From contig NC_134030.1 in assembly GCF_964204645.1 (NCBI RefSeq), positions 20,854,210 through 20,918,209 on the forward strand: a stretch of DNA of 64,000 bases, read 5' to 3'. Shown here one piece after another: positions 11,265 to 22,967 of the stretch. Below the pieces are notes generated by a model, which worked only from the letters and a program-made list of their open reading frames with translations, did no database searches and had not been told where the DNA came from. Source of the stretch: Tubulanus polymorphus. Lineage: Eukaryota > Animalia > Nemertea. Position 1 is the first letter of the stretch. Each line of letters starts with the position of its first letter. The translations under genes were made by a program, and so were the position numbers.

Positions 11265-11599
11265 ACCGAACAGCATCAACACGACTGAACCGAATCTTTC
11301 AAACTATTATTCGGATCACTTTGTGTCGAAAAACAACCGAACACAAATTACATTTCGTCCAATCAGAATATTCCCTGAGAATTCTTGGAAATTGATATGT
11401 TTCGTCGATGCTGCAATTTTTTGAAACCGATTCTAATTCTGCGTGCTGAACATTTACGCTGACAGATCAGTTTATCAAGTTATGGATGCAAAGATAAATT
11501 TTAGACTTCCAAAGGCAAATTAGATCAACTAAAGGTTCAAAATTTCTTATTGTTTACATTGTTAAAACAATATTCCAGATGGGAAAAGGGGACGTTCTG

Positions 11600-12242
11600 A
11601 GTATGTCTGGTGTTTGTAGATCATTTTCAATAAAAAAATGTCTCAGGTGAAGTTGTGAACACATGTGAAGTGTTGACGATCAGTTTTTGAAAGTGTGCTG
11701 ATAATATGTCTAATGTCTGGTGTTTGTAAATCATTTTCAGTTAAAAATGTCTCAGGTGAAGCACTGAACACATGTGAAGTGTGGACGATCAGTTTTTGAA
11801 AGTGTGCTGATAAAATGTCTAATGTCTGGTGTTTGTAGTTCATTTTCAATTAGAAATGTCTCAGGTGAAGCACTGAACACATGTGAAGTGTGGACGATCA
11901 GTTTTTGAAAGTGTGCTGATAAAATGTCTAATATCTGGTGTTTGTAGTTCATTTTCAATTAAAAATGTCTCAGGTGAAGCACTGGACACATGTGAAGTGT
12001 GGGCGATCAGTTTTTGAAAGTGTGCTGATAAAATGTCTAATGTCTGGTGTTTGTAGTTCATTTTCAATTAGAAATGTCTCAGGTGAAGCACTGAACACAT
12101 GTGAAGTGTTGACGATCAGTTTTTGAAAGTGTGCTGATAAAATGTCTAATGTCTGGTGTTTGTAGTTCATTTTCAATTAGAAATGTCTCAGGTGAAGCAC
12201 TGAACACATGTGAAGTGTGGACGATCAGTTTTTGAAAGTGCA
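11600..12242. repeat. 109-bp minisatellite (~6 units) upstream of copy 1
   Basis: Unit aaatgtctcaggtgaagcactgaacacatgtgaagtgtggacgatcagtttttgaaagtgtgctgataaaatgtctaatgtctggtgtttgtagttcattttcaatta; spurious ORFs recur every 109 bp. Confidence 0.95.
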
Positions 12243-12804
12243 AATGAAATCTCGTGCATTTCCACAGTATTTGATAATAGTGAAATAACTTATAGAAGAA
12301 CATCTGAACACCCCTTAAACCTGCCAACATACTCATGACGTCACGAGTTTTGGCAATTACACATTCTTAGTACAAAGTATGTATGGATGGCAATAAATGA
12401 AAATAGACCGCCCCAGCCGGAATGGAAGCATCGATATCATTTTCTTGGTCGTTACGTTGAATCTTTTCAAATAACTTGTTAAAACCAGTCGGATTGATTC
12501 CCAACGGGTTTAGCAATAACATGCAAACATTCGGAGACCTTTTCTGCGATGTCGAGTTTGACTGCTGGTAACCGGTCGAGGTCACCCTTCGCGCGGATAA
12601 CTGCTGACGTTCACGAAATAATAACGTGACTTTGAGATAATGGATGCATTAGGAACATACACTAATGCACGGTGGAATTAATCGAGAAATTATCTGTTCA
12701 CTGTTAGTAACTCAGTAATATCATTCATTGATACACGATATTCTAATGCAGTAAAACATTATGTCGAATAATATTCTAACATATTTTGACGAACTTGTAT
12801 TCAC

Positions 12805-12974
12805 CTCATGGGCTCGTATTTGAAGTTTGGGGGTGAATTGTAGCTTAGATCATCATCCCTGGTACAATATATATAAAAAGAATTATAAAAAGAATTCTTT
12901 ATATATATAGTACCAGGCATACTGGATGATCTAAGCTACAGTTCATCCCCAAACTTCAAATACGAGGCCCTGTG
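12805..12974. mobile_element. Non-autonomous DNA transposon (MITE), ~50-bp TIRs, 8-bp TSD GTATTCAC, short TA core
   Basis: ctcgtatttgaagtttgggggtgaattgtagcttagatcatc versus gatgatctaagctacagttcatccccaaacttcaaatacgag; gtattcac at 12797-12804 and 12975-12982. Confidence 0.8.
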
Positions 12975-13840
12975 GTATTCACACGCAGAGAAACGTTATA
13001 GCAAGCACCCTGCGAATTTCTGCTTGAACATGATGTGCGTAACTAGATCAAAAATCCTATAACCAGCAACCAATGACGGGAACGTGTTCTTTAGGTTTTA
13101 AACTTATACATTTCACTGAATTCTTGGTTCTGGACATGCAACACGCTTAGCGGCTAATGTATCCGAATCGCCTACTTTTTGCTCTCAACAGTTTGTTTTA
13201 AACAATTACTAAGTGAGGCATTATTCAGACAGAGAACATGTATAGAATTAGTATGGCATTGAATTAGGTTTTTTTAGTTATCATTTCTATTAGCTCGCAG
13301 TATCCGGATATATCATATTGCTGGTACGAATATCTATGGTCAAAAATGTTACAAGTATAATGCATCATATAAGATGAGGTTATTCATAATCAAAAACGAG
13401 CTGATAGCAAATTCGAAATATTCAACGATCATACTTGAAAACTTTCATTTTTATCTTATAAAATTGAATATAGCGAGTTTTATTATCTTTTGCTAATTTT
13501 TTCTTATCTTATCAAGGATAGAAAGAATATCGTGCGGCTCGAATCGTAAATTACCGTGGTGAACTTTTTGGTGCGAAAACGGTAGGTAACGAATGTAACC
13601 ATATGATATGGCGGCTGATTCGGGCCAAGTTAAGAAAAAAGAATTCCGCGCAATGTATATATCGCTTCGTTTTTTCGCCGCGCAGAACGAACCTGTGTTT
13701 CTCGTTTCTGCGCCCGCCGAAATAAACTTCGTTTAGCTGCGTCCGGTTGACATCCACGCGTTGACATTCGATGATAGAAGATCTATAAACACGTGTACGG
13801 GTATAAACGGGCTGTTGGTGTTCGGTTTTTGAGAATCGCT

Positions 13841-14015
13841 AGCCAGGGCGAAACTCGGTTTTCGTAGCTAGTCGACTAGTGGTCGAAACTAATAACCGAA
13901 TGCGCTTAATTTCCGAACTATATCCGGAATATAGTTCCGACTAACTGAAATTCGGTTAGATTTAGTTCGACTATAGTCGACTAACTCAGATATCAAACCG
14001 AAGTTGGCCCAGGCT
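13841..14015. repeat. ~175-bp imperfect palindrome (foldback, MITE-like); copies at 23287-23454, 33899-34073, 43881-44055, 53968-54142, 63504-63678
   Basis: Centre gaactat.tccggaatatagttc; arms tagtcgacta...aaccgaat / attcggtt...tagtcgacta; ends agccagggcg / ggcccaggct. Confidence 0.8.
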
Positions 14016-14823
14016 GGGGATTTTGTATGTACTAAATTACTGAATGTCTCCGTGAGCTATGTATTGTCTTTATGTGTGGCCTGGACGATTCTACTGTTTT
14101 GATCTTAAAATAGGAAATGACCCTGTTATTGATTTGATTGGTAAATTCCTCGTCCCTTACAGACCCACCACACCTGCCGGGAGCGAAACAGGGGGTTTAA
14201 TATTGAAATTGGAAGTACAGATATAGTTGTGTGATCGGCGGTCGAGTTTACAACAGTTTGTTTAAATCGAAGTACATTATTGGGAAATTTGGTTCCGGGT
14301 TATCCAAACAATATTCCATTGGTTAGCCTACCAGTTAAAGCAGTAAACACGTGCATGTTTTTAATCGATTCTTGTGTATGCAGCCGGGAGGTCGTTCAGA
14401 TATTCGATTTCGGAGGAGTTTGAACGTATGATTGTGGTAAAAAATATAGTTCGTGTTGAACGAATATTCGACATCAAGTAAGCATGTGTATAAGATCGAT
14501 AACGGAATCTGCGACTCAGGAAAGTAGCTGAATTTCAAAAAAAAAATTTCTGTTCGGAGAAGACAGAAAGACCAACCACGCAGAGCGGTAGATTTGAAAC
14601 CTGATTTCCTAAGCCACGAGAGAATGATAAATCTCCGACCTAGGCACAAAACTAAATATTCGTTTGATGCGTCGAAAACACTATCGTAGGTTAAACTTGA
14701 AACTGAAATAAGGTATGATGATTTTATCAGTCTCCAACTGTTTCCAAAAATAGTTTTCCATGAATATAGCGGCTGAAGGCGCTCCTAGCGTGTATCCAAA
14801 GTTTCTATCGACTGATAAATGTT

Positions 14824-17800
14824 TCAGCGAGTTTTTAAAATCCGTTTATTTTTAGCCCGAATTGATTTAACATCGATAGTGAGGATGGTGTAAAGAAGTG
14901 GATTCAGTGACGAGTTGATCGGTAGGAAAAGTACCGCCAACCAAGCCGCCACTTGGTTCGGTATTTCTACTCGCAATACAGCGCAAAACTGAACGATGAT
15001 TATCGGTAACCAGCAAAATAAATTACACAGATTTATCACTAAACTCCTACGTGCCAGAATCAATTCGGTAGGATCAGCTCTACCCGAGCCGGACCTGCTT
15101 CCAGATACGAGTCTATACATCTGTGCATACGTCATCACTATTGTAGCAAGTACGACCGAGTTAAACACGGCAAATATAGCGAATGAATATTGCCAGGCGT
15201 GGACATTGATGGTCAGTAAATTCATAGGTAAACAAACACCGGTTGTGCCGTAAAAGTTATTACCGAAATAAGAAGATGACGATAGTGGTAGCATTGAAAT
15301 GATGCTTAAAATGATCCAACATATGCAACAAATACTGGACACAGAAATCGAAGATATAATTGGGCTTCCAGAAAATGGATCGACGATATTCGAGTATCTT
15401 TGACGGGTAAGCATGAGCAGAAAGGTCAGCGATCCCTCGCAAGATAGAGTCACTATAATCCCAGCGAGTCGACACGATGAACTATCCGTCCAACTTTCAG
15501 AATTTAAGAAGTAAACTCCTTTATAGACGTAATCGGCTCCAGCGATCATAAACAGATAAATCGACATCAGAAAATCGCAAGTGGCAATATTAATAATGAG
15601 GATATCAGAGGATGTATTACGTGATTCAGAGGATGAAATTCGAAACGCTTGAACGCGAAGTAAAATGACAATAATGTTTGCGAAAAAGCTGAATGAAGCG
15701 ATCGCCCAAATGATTGCTCTAAGAACAGTGTTACCCATCAGGTCGGAACAAGATGAAAATTGGTCGGCTTCAGGGAGACACTGGTCAACATTCGGAATCA
15801 TGCAACAAAATTTGTACGCGTCAGAAGCCAAGGTACTTATTAATGTAAGACTGTCAAAAACGTTTTTTTCTACGGATATGACTTTTGAATTTTTGGTTAG
15901 ATCCAGACTTTTAAGTTTTGTTAATCCGGCAAATGCGTTTGGTGAAATATAACTGATTCTGTTATTGCTGACATCTAACGACTCTAAAGCGGATAAACCA
16001 CTGAACACATTTCCAACGAGTAACGACAAGGAAAGTCCGTGAAGATCGAGATCGCTTAATGACTTTAAACCTAGAAAACTGCCTTCTTCTAAATATCTCA
16101 CTGGATTCCCAAAAATCAAGAGAATATTCAAACTGTTCAAACCGGCGAATGTATTCGCGGACAATGACATTAAGCGGTTATATGTAAGATCTAATGTATG
16201 TAGATTATGCAGGTTTGAGAACGAGTTTGGAACAATATAAGACAAATTGTTACGTGAAATATTAAGAAGGTGTAGATAGAGGTAAGAAGAAAACGTGGAC
16301 TCATTGAATACAACTCGGTTTTCTGATAAAATCAGAACTCGAGTTGATGCCGAGAACATATCTGTAATTTCTACCAAACCAGCATCATCGCAATCAATTA
16401 AATGACCTCGACATTTACAATTTTCAAGACACGTGACGTCACAGTAAGACTCGTCATCAGTGTTATGTTTACAATTTACAACATCATCACAAACTTCTGA
16501 TTGAGGTATACATCGGTTTTCCTGGCCACATTTGAACATGCCGGGACACGACAAAGTCTCGCAGTTTCGCTCGTCTTCTGAATTAGGACAATCGGATCGA
16601 CCATCGCACACCTGTCCCATCGGTATACAGTAAGATGCTGGACATTTTACAGTACCAGCTGGACATTTGAAATCAGTACAACCTTGTATATGTTCGAGCC
16701 TTCTACATACCGGGTAACCAATCGGCGTCCTTTCTAAAATACATCTATGACGTCTAGAATAACAATGAGGAGAATCGAAAGAACATCTTTGTTCATCAGA
16801 TTCTGTACAGAGATTTGTGAAATTAGTCGTGCAGTAGTTATCATTATTACAGTGAACTGTAGGATTCACTGTAACATTCGATGTTAAAAGTTCATCTTCT
16901 TCGAGGCTTCCGCTACAATCTACAACACCATCCCGATACAATACAGAACTGATACATTCACCGTTGTTACACAGAAACCCGTTGCATATTTGTGGACCGC
17001 ACTCCCGTTCGTCGGAACCGTCCTTGCAGCTAACGATTCCATCACATCGGTACGATCTATCTACACATTGACCACTAGTACAGCGGAATTGTTGGGGCAA
17101 ACACAGTGGATGAAAACACGATTTCTCATCCGAGCCATCGACACAATCCGCTTCAAAGTCACACAAACCACTTATTGATATAACCTGACCATCTGAACAG
17201 TGGAACTGACTTTGTAAGTTTAAACCAGAACAATCGAGTTCATCTTCACCGTGTTGACAGTCGTTTCTGGTATCACATACGCGATGGTCGCTGATACATC
17301 TTTGATCGTTACATTTAAACTGCCACGATTTACAACCGCTTATAGAATCCCACTCTTCACCAGTCTTATTATAGTAACATAGCACGGAATGAACGTCGTT
17401 TGTCTGATTATTCCATGGTTTTATCGACCATCTCAACGACTCGATAAAAGTGATTCCATTCCTTGTCAAAACTGGTTCGATCACTTGAAACATTTTCCTA
17501 GCATCCATAGTCAGTATAGCGCCATATTGATGTTTAAAACTAAACTCGTCAATTAATGCTTTTATTTCATTTTCCCTGCGCCTAGTAACAATAGCTATTT
17601 CAGCGTGAAGATCACGACACAATTTCGTAGCGCTTAGAATATCCAAACCTCGATTGTTGATCCAATCTGTGAACATTTTACAACATTTACCTTCGACATT
17701 TTGCCAACCTTTTTCACAGGTCGAGTTGTTGGTTGTATTTGGATTTTTAATACTTTCATTTCCAGTGAGAAATACGATATTGTTAAGAGTATCAGTTAGT

Positions 17801-18111
17801 TCTGTGATGCTCGTTGTATTTGTTGAATTATCCACGCGTTCTGAATCGATGTCAATTCTATCCGATTCACAAATAAAAGTTGTTCGAGTCTCCTCGATTT
17901 GACACGGGAATCGAACCCAGTTCGCTGATCCTCGTGGATTATTCAGTATCATCGCCGTACACGGCATATTGACGTCATTTATCGGTTGTTTTCGTAGAGG
18001 AGATATCAATCCTTGAATAACTTCTGGTATCGTTTCGTTTATCATTGCAGGTTTAAACCACTCTGTGTAGCTCAATGGTTTTCCATCAGTCCACGTGTAG
18101 AAACCATCATT
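14824..18111 (-). CDS. Copy 2 exon 3 (CTL-LDLa-LRR-7TM)
   Basis: ORF 14824..18138 trimmed to ttgaacag|AAT. Confidence 0.93.
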   Translation of the reverse strand, partial: NDGFYTWTDGKPLSYTEWFKPAMINETIPEVIQGLISPLRKQPINDVNMPCTAMILNNPRGSANWVRFPCQIEETRTTFICESDRIDIDSERVDNSTNTTSITELTDTLNNIVFLTGNESIKNPNTTNNSTCEKGWQNVEGKCCKMFTDWINNRGLDILSATKLCRDLHAEIAIVTRRRENEIKALIDEFSFKHQYGAILTMDARKMFQVIEPVLTRNGITFIESLRWSIKPWNNQTNDVHSVLCYYNKTGEEWDSISGCKSWQFKCNDQRCISDHRVCDTRNDCQHGEDELDCSGLNLQSQFHCSDGQVISISGLCDFEADCVDGSDEKSCFHPLCLPQQFRCTSGQCVDRSYRCDGIVSCKDGSDERECGPQICNGFLCNNGECISSVLYRDGVVDCSGSLEEDELLTSNVTVNPTVHCNNDNYCTTNFTNLCTESDEQRCSFDSPHCYSRRHRCILERTPIGYPVCRRLEHIQGCTDFKCPAGTVKCPASYCIPMGQVCDGRSDCPNSEDERNCETLSCPGMFKCGQENRCIPQSEVCDDVVNCKHNTDDESYCDVTCLENCKCRGHLIDCDDAGLVEITDMFSASTRVLILSENRVVFNESTFSSYLYLHLLNISRNNLSYIVPNSFSNLHNLHTLDLTYNRLMSLSANTFAGLNSLNILLIFGNPVRYLEEGSFLGLKSLSDLDLHGLSLSLLVGNVFSGLSALESLDVSNNRISYISPNAFAGLTKLKSLDLTKNSKVISVEKNVFDSLTLISTLASDAYKFCCMIPNVDQCLPEADQFSSCSDLMGNTVLRAIIWAIASFSFFANIIVILLRVQAFRISSSESRNTSSDILIINIATCDFLMSIYLFMIAGADYVYKGVYFLNSESWTDSSSCRLAGIIVTLSCEGSLTFLLMLTRQRYSNIVDPFSGSPIISSISVSSICCICWIILSIISMLPLSSSSYFGNNFYGTTGVCLPMNLLTINVHAWQYSFAIFAVFNSVVLATIVMTYAQMYRLVSGSRSGSGRADPTELILARRSLVINLCNLFCWLPIIIVQFCAVLRVEIPNQVAAWLAVLFLPINSSLNPLLYTILTIDVKSIRAKNKRILKTR

Positions 18112-21100
18112 CTGTTCAAAAATAAAATCCAGATTCATCTATCAACTTCAAAAATGGCTGCAAAAACGGTTTTTAAGCATTTTTCTACTTTAATCATTGA
18201 CATTGTGTTTAGACTCGAATATTTTCAGTGCATATTTCACATCTTTTTCAAAATTCAGCTTCAAAATGAAGTTTTATTTATAATTGATATCTAGAATAAA
18301 GAATATTTGCATTCATCAAATTTTATGATTTACATGAATTGAGAGTCTAGTGATTCCAGGATAATCTAACTTTCTTATCCCATTTTGTCGAGTGTAAGTT
18401 ACCTTGAATTTTAGCCCGATCATCATTATAAGCGCCTCCTGGGTATATCCCTTTCTAAGCAGTTTCGTCGCGAATAATCTTTTGACAGAAATCATTTCAT
18501 CTTGTGAGTTGATACTGAGAAGATGTCCTCCGTATTTCTGTTGACAGTACATTTCAGCGTTCTCCCAATTCAGATGTTCATCTCTGATGTATTTGACGCA
18601 GGAAATTCCCGAATCTAGAAATCCTGATTTACAGTGGATTTTATCAAACTGTTTTATTGGTAACGACTTTTCTAAATTGTATTGTATTTGAAATGTGGGA
18701 ACGAGATCCTTTATCTCAAATTGCAAATTATTGTCACTTAAACTATAAAATATATTTCCACGTTCAGCATAAGTTCCACATATTTCAGTTTGATGTTGGG
18801 TTTCACTATGTGGAATCATTAATCCATTATCGTAATAGTCTTTCAACCGTTGTTTGAATAGAATTGGGTCTTTGTCTGAACTAGATAATTTACTGCACGG
18901 TAAAGTCTGAATAAATTTGATTATAAATCTGTAATATTGAATTCGATTATTTTCTATCGGGTTTTCAAAGCTATAATATAAAGATTCCGGAGCATGTCCC
19001 ACCGATCCCGGATAGTTCGGTGATTGTACGATTCCACATTCATCCCTATCCGGGAAATATGAAGAACCGAGAAATGGCGTTGGTTTTTTCGCTCCTTGAC
19101 ATTTACGACGTAGTTTAACTATCAATTCTCTTTGCCAGAATTGATATTTGTAGAACAATTTCAAAGTGTTCAATACAAAACTGTTATTGAGAAACTGATT
19201 TGATAAACTCATTTGCCTGTCACATGTTCTACTCGTGTATCGCGCAGGAAAACATGCGTCAATTTGATATTCATATTCTGATAATATATAAATGTTTTCT
19301 AAAGGAAGGCGCCGGTTTTCAGGTGTAATCACGAGACAGTGTGACGTCATGTTGATCTGATTTTCTCCTGCCTGTAAAACATATCCATCACAGTCAGAAG
19401 GATTGAATCTGAGATACCCAGCCGTGTCTCCTATTAATGATTCTATGCGAGTTCTTAGTTCTGGCACCAAATTATCCCAGTTATAAGCGTATCCTACTAC
19501 AGTAACCGGTCCTCCTGATGTTATCAGACTGACGACGCGACGACCGTATTTATTACCAGGACAATACGGACCATAGCGTCTAGCTATAAAATTACCACCA
19601 TCATATATATAAAATCCAGCTCTCTCGCACGTCTCTGATAGAACTGTTAGTTTTAATCTATCATCCTCATAGATATCAACTTTCTGTTTAAATTGAAATG
19701 TGTTTATGCCATACGTTAATGTTGTCATCTTTGATGTCGGGAATAGTTTGCTCGGAGACAAACTAGCACCGGAGCCAGATACCTACAAAATATGAATATT
19801 GATCATTAATCGAATAATTTAGATTCTTTTGTTAGATTTTACATTATTCTTAAGTCAAACACTTTATGTATTTATCCGACAAAATAATTGACGAATTTCC
19901 TTGTTCTTAATTACACTTTTGAATACATTAAAGGGATGTTCCGTATCTTATATTTTCGCACAAGAAATTTAACGGTTTTACAAAAAAAGTTATTTTTTCA
20001 AAGATTTATTTAAACATCAGTACTTTTACTAATATTCATGTTTAATGAAAATAAATATTTCTCAATTAAACAATTCTACATAATTTTGTTAAGCAATAGC
20101 TGAGAAATGATTTTACTAATTGTGGACTTGCACGTCTTCTGTTGTAAGAAAAATTCAACTTCAAACCCATTTTTATTTCTATGGTTCATTCTTACGTATT
20201 ATTTAGCTGAGGCTGAGTAGTTATTTCACTCACCCTTCGTTTGTGAACTTGTACGTCTCCTGTGGATAAAGATTTCACTTCAAATTCAATGTTTACATTC
20301 GATTGTAAAACACCTGGTCTTATTAAAACGCACAGTATGACGAGAAAGCCGTCAGATTTAACACTCAGTGATTCCAGGTAGTTGTAACCGAGTAAAATAT
20401 CAGTTCCTACAACGCGTAACCCTTCTAGTTTATATACACCGATGACGTCACCGGATGTGCTGAGATCACGTGTCCAGTTGAAGACGACGTACTGTAACAC
20501 CTGCACTGTGATAGACCAGCAGTGTAAGTGTTTTGATCGAGTTATTACGTGTAAACTGTTGTCATCAGGAATGAGCACTCCAGACTCGTTATTAGAGATT
20601 TGAATTAACGGATTAGAGACGTTCCAATCAGATATTCTATACACCTGAACTGATAGTTGTGATTTAAATGACAAACGGCGTTTTTTTGAGAAAATAATGG
20701 CTTTGTCAGTTTTAGTATAAAATGATGACGGTGGATGTCCGGTTTGTTCTGGTATAACAGCTATTGGTTCACTACTGTTCCATCCGTCGTAAATTTGAAC
20801 GGTTGTCGCTGAATCAGCGCCAGGATATAATCTGAAATCTATTTGTCTAAACGTCAAATTCATAGCGAAACCATCCGGGATCTCGATCCATTCCAAATAC
20901 AATTTACATCGCATTAAATATATTACGAATTTGTATCCTATCGATGTTTGTAATTTGTTTATACTGTACATAGCTTTCATGCAGTTGTGAATCAATTTCA
21001 AATTGTTTCGTTCGAAACGATATGTGACATAAACCCGACTACCCCGCGCACCATCGACGTTACTTCTAAACATCAACGAGATCGAATCGTTACGGCGGAT

Positions 21101-21427
21101 TTCATGTTTTCCTTCACCGCAGAATCTGTTATCGGCCGCACCGACGAGAAGGTAATTATCACTACAGAATATCGACGGCTCGATGTCGTAGTATAGTTTG
21201 ATGTTGAAAGTTCCCGGTAAAGAGCTGTTGACGAACCAACGACATTCAACACCGCGCGTAAACGACGGGTTATTCGGTGAAACGATGTAACCGGACGTAG
21301 AATCGACGGGGTACCAAGTGTTGTTACAAGACGAACTGATCGTCACAGAGTCAGACAGATCAGCGTGTGCGATGTTAACTCGCCAGACGATCAGCGACGC
21401 TATAAACAGCGCTCTCAGTCGATCCAT
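14824..21427 (-). CDS. GRL101-like LGR GPCR copy 2, join complement(14824..18111,18403..19782,20234..21427), ~1953 aa
   Basis: Same domain order and same phase-0 GT-AG sites as copy 1; uninterrupted frames; 15-aa insertion in exon 2. Confidence 0.9.
18403..19782 (-). CDS. Copy 2 exon 2 (CUB-like and CTL N-half)
   Basis: ttttgtag|GTA ... AAG|gtaact. Confidence 0.88.
20234..21427 (-). CDS. Copy 2 exon 1 (signal peptide and CUB)
   Basis: ATG of MDRL; AGG|gtgagt. Confidence 0.88.
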
Positions 21428-21709
21428 ACCGAACAACAATCTCTACTGAATAATCAAAACTTGCATAGCTTTACGAAATCGAAACAAATTACAGTTCGTC
21501 CAATTAGAAAATTCGCTGAGAATTCTTTGAAATAGATATTTTTCGTCGTTGCTGCAATTATTTTGAAACCGATTCTAATGAAGCGTTCTGATTTTTTTAA
21601 TGCTCAGCTTCCAATTTATAACAGATATTCATATATCATATATTTCGTGTAGCTAACTACTACAAGTTCACGTGTTTATAGAAGTGAAAGATCATTTTAA
21701 ACATATGCG

Positions 21710-22142
<433 letters not shown>

Positions 22143-22711
22143 GTATTCACCCGCAGAGAAACGTTATAGCAAGCTCCCTGCGAATTTCTGCTTGAACATG
22201 ATGTGCGTAACTAGATCGAAAATCCTATAACCAGTAACCAATGACGGGAACGTGTTCTTTAGGTTTTAAACTTATACATTTCACTGAATTCTTGGTTCTG
22301 GACTCTCAACACCCTCAGCGGCTAAATACAATCCGAATCGCCTACTTTTTGCTCTCAACAGTATTTTTTAAACGATTACTAAGTGATGCATTATTCAGAC
22401 AGAGAACATGTATGGAATGAGTATGAATTATGTTTTTTTAGTTATCATTTCTATTAGCTCGCAGTATCCGGATATATCATATTGCTGGTACGAATATCTA
22501 TGGTCAAAAATGTTACAGGTATAATGCATCATATAAAATGATGTTATTCATAATTAAAAACGAGCTGATAGCAAATTCGAAATATTCAACGATCATACTT
22601 GAAAACTTTCATTTTTATCTTATAAAGTTGAATATAGCGAGTTTTATTATCTTTTGCTAATTTTTTCTTATCTTATGAAGGATAGAAAGAATATCGTGTG
22701 ATAAGTTTGTA

Positions 22712-22967
22712 CAGTGGACTCCACTAGACTCAAATTCTTGGGACCAGAAAACAAAATCAACGAGTTAAGGGGAATTCGAGTTGAGGTTTTTGACGAAATT
22801 GGCCAAAAATTATCAAGAAATTAAACCATTCTGTATCGATCCTACGTGGCTTATTTGACTATTGGATGCTAAATAGAAATAAATCCTGCTAAAATAAAGT
22901 TTGTTTAGTCTCTTATTTTCCTCCATAACTTTACTCGGTGCGAAGAAAAATAAACGATCATAAAATG
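22712..22967 (+). mobile_element. Tc1/mariner (pogo-like) element left-end fragment; second copy at 33336-33592
   Basis: TA|CAGTGGACTCC...gactcaaattc..gggacc...ttcgagttga resembles pogo-like MITE ends; no right TIR found. Confidence 0.45.

Noticed and set aside
11355-11370. CCAAT-like motif ~95 bp upstream of the ATG in all copies
   Set aside because: TSS unknown and a 5'UTR intron is possible; too short to support a promoter call.
11643-12336. Repeated 68-aa ORFs (MKMNYKHQ...), and the possibility of a CRISPR array
   Set aside because: They are translations of the 109-bp minisatellite in shifting frames; units are contiguous with no unique spacers and no cas genes; context is eukaryotic.
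14335-14649. 104-aa ORF (MCLGRR...) and 68-72-aa ORF (MDVNRT...) repeated in spacers
   Set aside because: The 104-aa ORF has a non-ATG start and is absent in spacers 2 and 5; the shorter ORF is frameshifted or has a different start in some spacers. No domain similarity; recurrence is explained by recent duplication.
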